A stretch of 48,238 nt of DNA from an uncultured Bdellovibrionales bacterium (lineage in GTDB: Bacteria; Bdellovibrionota_C; UBA2361; SZUA-149; DAOLCO01): the NCBI GenBank assembly GCA_964472005.1, contig CAYYIQ010000001.1, positions 1 to 48,238 on the forward strand, given 5' to 3'. Of the stretch, positions 46,382 to 48,238 are shown piece after piece. The notes below the pieces were generated by a model. The model was not told the origin of the DNA and made no database searches. It saw only the letters and a program-made list of their open reading frames with translations. The translations under genes were made by a program, and so were the position numbers. Every line of letters begins with the position of its first letter. The first letter of the stretch is position 1.

Positions 46382-47260
46382 ATGCTAAATCTCCCATCTT
46401 TTGACAAAAACTATGAATCAGATTCCAAACTTAAATCTCTATCAAACGCCATTACTGACCTAAATAATGTAGTTGTTCTTTTTTCTGGCGGCATTGATTC
46501 CTCCTTTCTACTATACCTTTGTACTAAATCGTTGCCTAAGCCGAATATTCTGAATGTAATAGGAGTATCTCAGTCACTGCCTGAAAGAGAGCTTATTGAG
46601 GCAAGAGCATTTTCAAAATTAGTCGATGTTCCACTGATAGAATTGAAAACGAATGAATTAGAAAATGAATTATATTCAAACAACAGTGGAAACAGATGTT
46701 ATCACTGTAAGACCGAGTTGAATGACGTACTCCTCAACTTCATGAATCAGAATCCGCAATATACAAATTGGAATATTATTGATGGATTGCAGGCGAGTGA
46801 TAAAATTGAACATCGCCCGGGATTCAAAGCTAATGAGAAGTATCAAATAAAACATCCTCTTTACGATCTTAAATTTACCAAAGATGAAATTAGAAGCTAC
46901 TGTAAATCTTTTGGATTATCCGTTTACGATAAGCCAGAAAGTGCCTGCCTCTCATCTAGAGTTATGGTGGGTACAAAAGTCACCGCGTCAATTCTTTCTA
47001 CTATTGAACGAGCAGAAAATCTTCTATTAGATAGTGGCATTATCGGTTCACGAGTCAGAATTCATAACCTCAACAATAGTCAGAAAACTCCAGAATTACT
47101 AGCTCGTATCGAACTCAGAAATCAAAAAGAGATGCAAAAATTAATTGGAGCAGATCACCTGCTGGCAGACCTAAGAAAGCTACCCATAAGTTTTATTACA
47201 ATAGATCTTGACGGTTACAAAGAAGGTGGATTTTCGAACCAAAAATTAAAAGTCTTATGA
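46382..47260 (+). CDS. larE: PP-loop ATP pyrophosphatase, LarE-like (TIGR00268-type sulfur transferase family)
   Basis: PP-loop VVLFSGGIDSS, RCYHCK, HRPGFKA, and the conserved Cys in ESACLSSRV. RVRIHN...ARIEL is typical of the family. Confidence 0.75.
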   Translation: MLNLPSFDKNYESDSKLKSLSNAITDLNNVVVLFSGGIDSSFLLYLCTKSLPKPNILNVIGVSQSLPERELIEARAFSKLVDVPLIELKTNELENELYSNNSGNRCYHCKTELNDVLLNFMNQNPQYTNWNIIDGLQASDKIEHRPGFKANEKYQIKHPLYDLKFTKDEIRSYCKSFGLSVYDKPESACLSSRVMVGTKVTASILSTIERAENLLLDSGIIGSRVRIHNLNNSQKTPELLARIELRNQKEMQKLIGADHLLADLRKLPISFITIDLDGYKEGGFSNQKLKVL

Positions 47261-48072
47261 AAGTAAAAATATTAGGATCAGGCACGTCTTCGGGAGTACC
47301 AGTTATACTTTGCAATTGTGAGGTTTGTAAATCTGCTAATCCAAAAAATAAAAGACTTCGTTCTAGCATTTTTATCGATCTGGAAAATGGAGATAACGAG
47401 ACACGTTACATTTTAATTGATGCCGGCCCTGATTTTAGAGAACAGGCACTAAGATATAACATCGAGCGGATAGATGTTGTTCTATTCACCCACTCTCATG
47501 CCGATCATATCTTTGGTTTAGATGATATCCGAATGTTCAACTTTAAATTTAAAAAAGATATCCCAGTATTCGCAGATCACGATACTGCAAAAGATCTATT
47601 AAGAATTTTCCCCTATTGTTTCAGCCGAGATCCCAACTATGAAGGTGGCGGGATACCGAGTTTGTCCTTGAACACTATCGAGCTAAACGAACAATTTTCG
47701 ATCTCACCTGGAGATAAAGGTGAAACAATCACAGCGTTAAAAATCTTCCATGGCAAAAGACTAATAACAGGCTACCGGATTAGAGATTTTGCCTATCTAA
47801 CCGATTGCAGTTTGGTGCCAGCTGAAACTATGCCTCTAATAGAGGGGGTGAACACCTTAATTGTCAGTGGTCTAAGAATGAGACCACACAAAACACACTT
47901 CAACGTCGAACAAGCAATTGCATTTGGAAAGACGACTACGGCCTCCAAAGTTTACTTAACACACATTGCTCATGAAATTGACCATGAAGATTTATCGCAG
48001 AAATTGCTAGAAAGTAACGATCGAAATAAAAAATTTATTTTATCGTTTGATGGACTGATTATTAATCTATAG
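47257..48072 (+). CDS. MBL-fold metallo-hydrolase (PhnP-like)
   Basis: 271 aa with GSGTSSGVP...C-x-C-x-x-C and the HSHADH metal-binding motif. It overlaps the larE-like gene by 4 nt (ATGA). Confidence 0.85.
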   Translation: MKVKILGSGTSSGVPVILCNCEVCKSANPKNKRLRSSIFIDLENGDNETRYILIDAGPDFREQALRYNIERIDVVLFTHSHADHIFGLDDIRMFNFKFKKDIPVFADHDTAKDLLRIFPYCFSRDPNYEGGGIPSLSLNTIELNEQFSISPGDKGETITALKIFHGKRLITGYRIRDFAYLTDCSLVPAETMPLIEGVNTLIVSGLRMRPHKTHFNVEQAIAFGKTTTASKVYLTHIAHEIDHEDLSQKLLESNDRNKKFILSFDGLIINL

Positions 48073-48083
48073 TATTCTTTTTC

Positions 48084-48238
48084 TCACTGAACACTTACCG
48101 AAGAGATCGAAAGCTTAGCTTGCGCAATGAGTTTTTGGAAAAGGGATACCATCTCGTCTGGGGAAATCGCTATGAAAGTTCCACCATTCGGAGCCAATGA
48201 CTTACTCGAAAAACCCTGTGGATTTAAAAAATGATCCT
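48084..48238 (-). CDS. 3' end of an unidentified CDS entering from the right edge
   Basis: The minus-strand frame is open from the window edge to TGA at 48084..48086 (...FLNPQGFSSKSLAPNGGTFIAISPDEMVSLFQKLIAQAKLSISSVSVQ*). It is too short to identify. Confidence 0.3.
   Translation of the reverse strand, partial: DHFLNPQGFSSKSLAPNGGTFIAISPDEMVSLFQKLIAQAKLSISSVSVQ

Noticed and set aside
1-48238. CRISPR arrays, IS/transposase genes, prophage modules, rRNA, tmRNA, RNase P and SRP RNA
   Set aside because: I scanned the intergenic regions by eye for repeat-spacer periodicity and for hallmark motifs. These were the tmRNA/tRNA-like ends, AGGAAAGTCC of RNase P, and the SRP GGAA tetraloop context. Apart from the three tRNAs, none was found.

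Overview
This is an AT-rich (roughly 60% A+T by eye) bacterial chromosomal window, densely coding and mostly housekeeping. I found no self-contained novel system that I can defend. The strongest single observation is an in-frame TAA (24517..24519) that splits an otherwise intact ~634-codon gene. That gene encodes a TPR plus type-1 periplasmic-binding-fold lipoprotein with LpoA/LppC-like architecture.

Layout, left to right:
- A Pro/Glu-rich repeat protein.
- A TPR lipoprotein, dnaB and tRNA-Pro(GGG).
- An NlpD-like LysM/M23 lipoprotein.
- tRNA-Arg(CCT) and an ihfB-like gene.
- An accessory-looking stretch: two orphan small ORFs, a CBS protein, a DUF342/FapA-like protein, a HEAT-repeat protein, a lone tyrosine recombinase, a LysR regulator, a stand-alone receiver, and an O-antigen-ligase-family protein with a LamG-like partner.
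- A long minus-strand housekeeping run: ispE, tRNA-Gln(TTG), prs, queC, rplY, pth, rpsF, rplI.
- grpE-dnaK-dnaJ followed by the interrupted lipoprotein gene.
- mgtE-recO on the plus strand.
- mreB-mreC-mreD-mrdA-rodA-aroF-maf-yggS-yggT-fmdB.
- DUF1844, htrA, dihaem cytochrome c, tsaD, rsmA.
- A larE-like gene plus an MBL-fold hydrolase.

I found no rRNA, CRISPR array, transposase or prophage module. The ispE-tRNA-Gln-prs-rplY-pth-rpsF-rplI synteny and the low GC suggest a deltaproteobacterial or Bdellovibrionota-type lineage. This is inference only.

Secondary observations:
- rpsF and rplI are adjacent with no rpsR between them.
- A 790-bp non-coding spacer lies between grpE and mgtE and contains a perfect 11-bp inverted repeat.
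- An integrase- and tRNA-containing block separates dnaB from rplI.
- Several co-directional clusters of unknown function are present.
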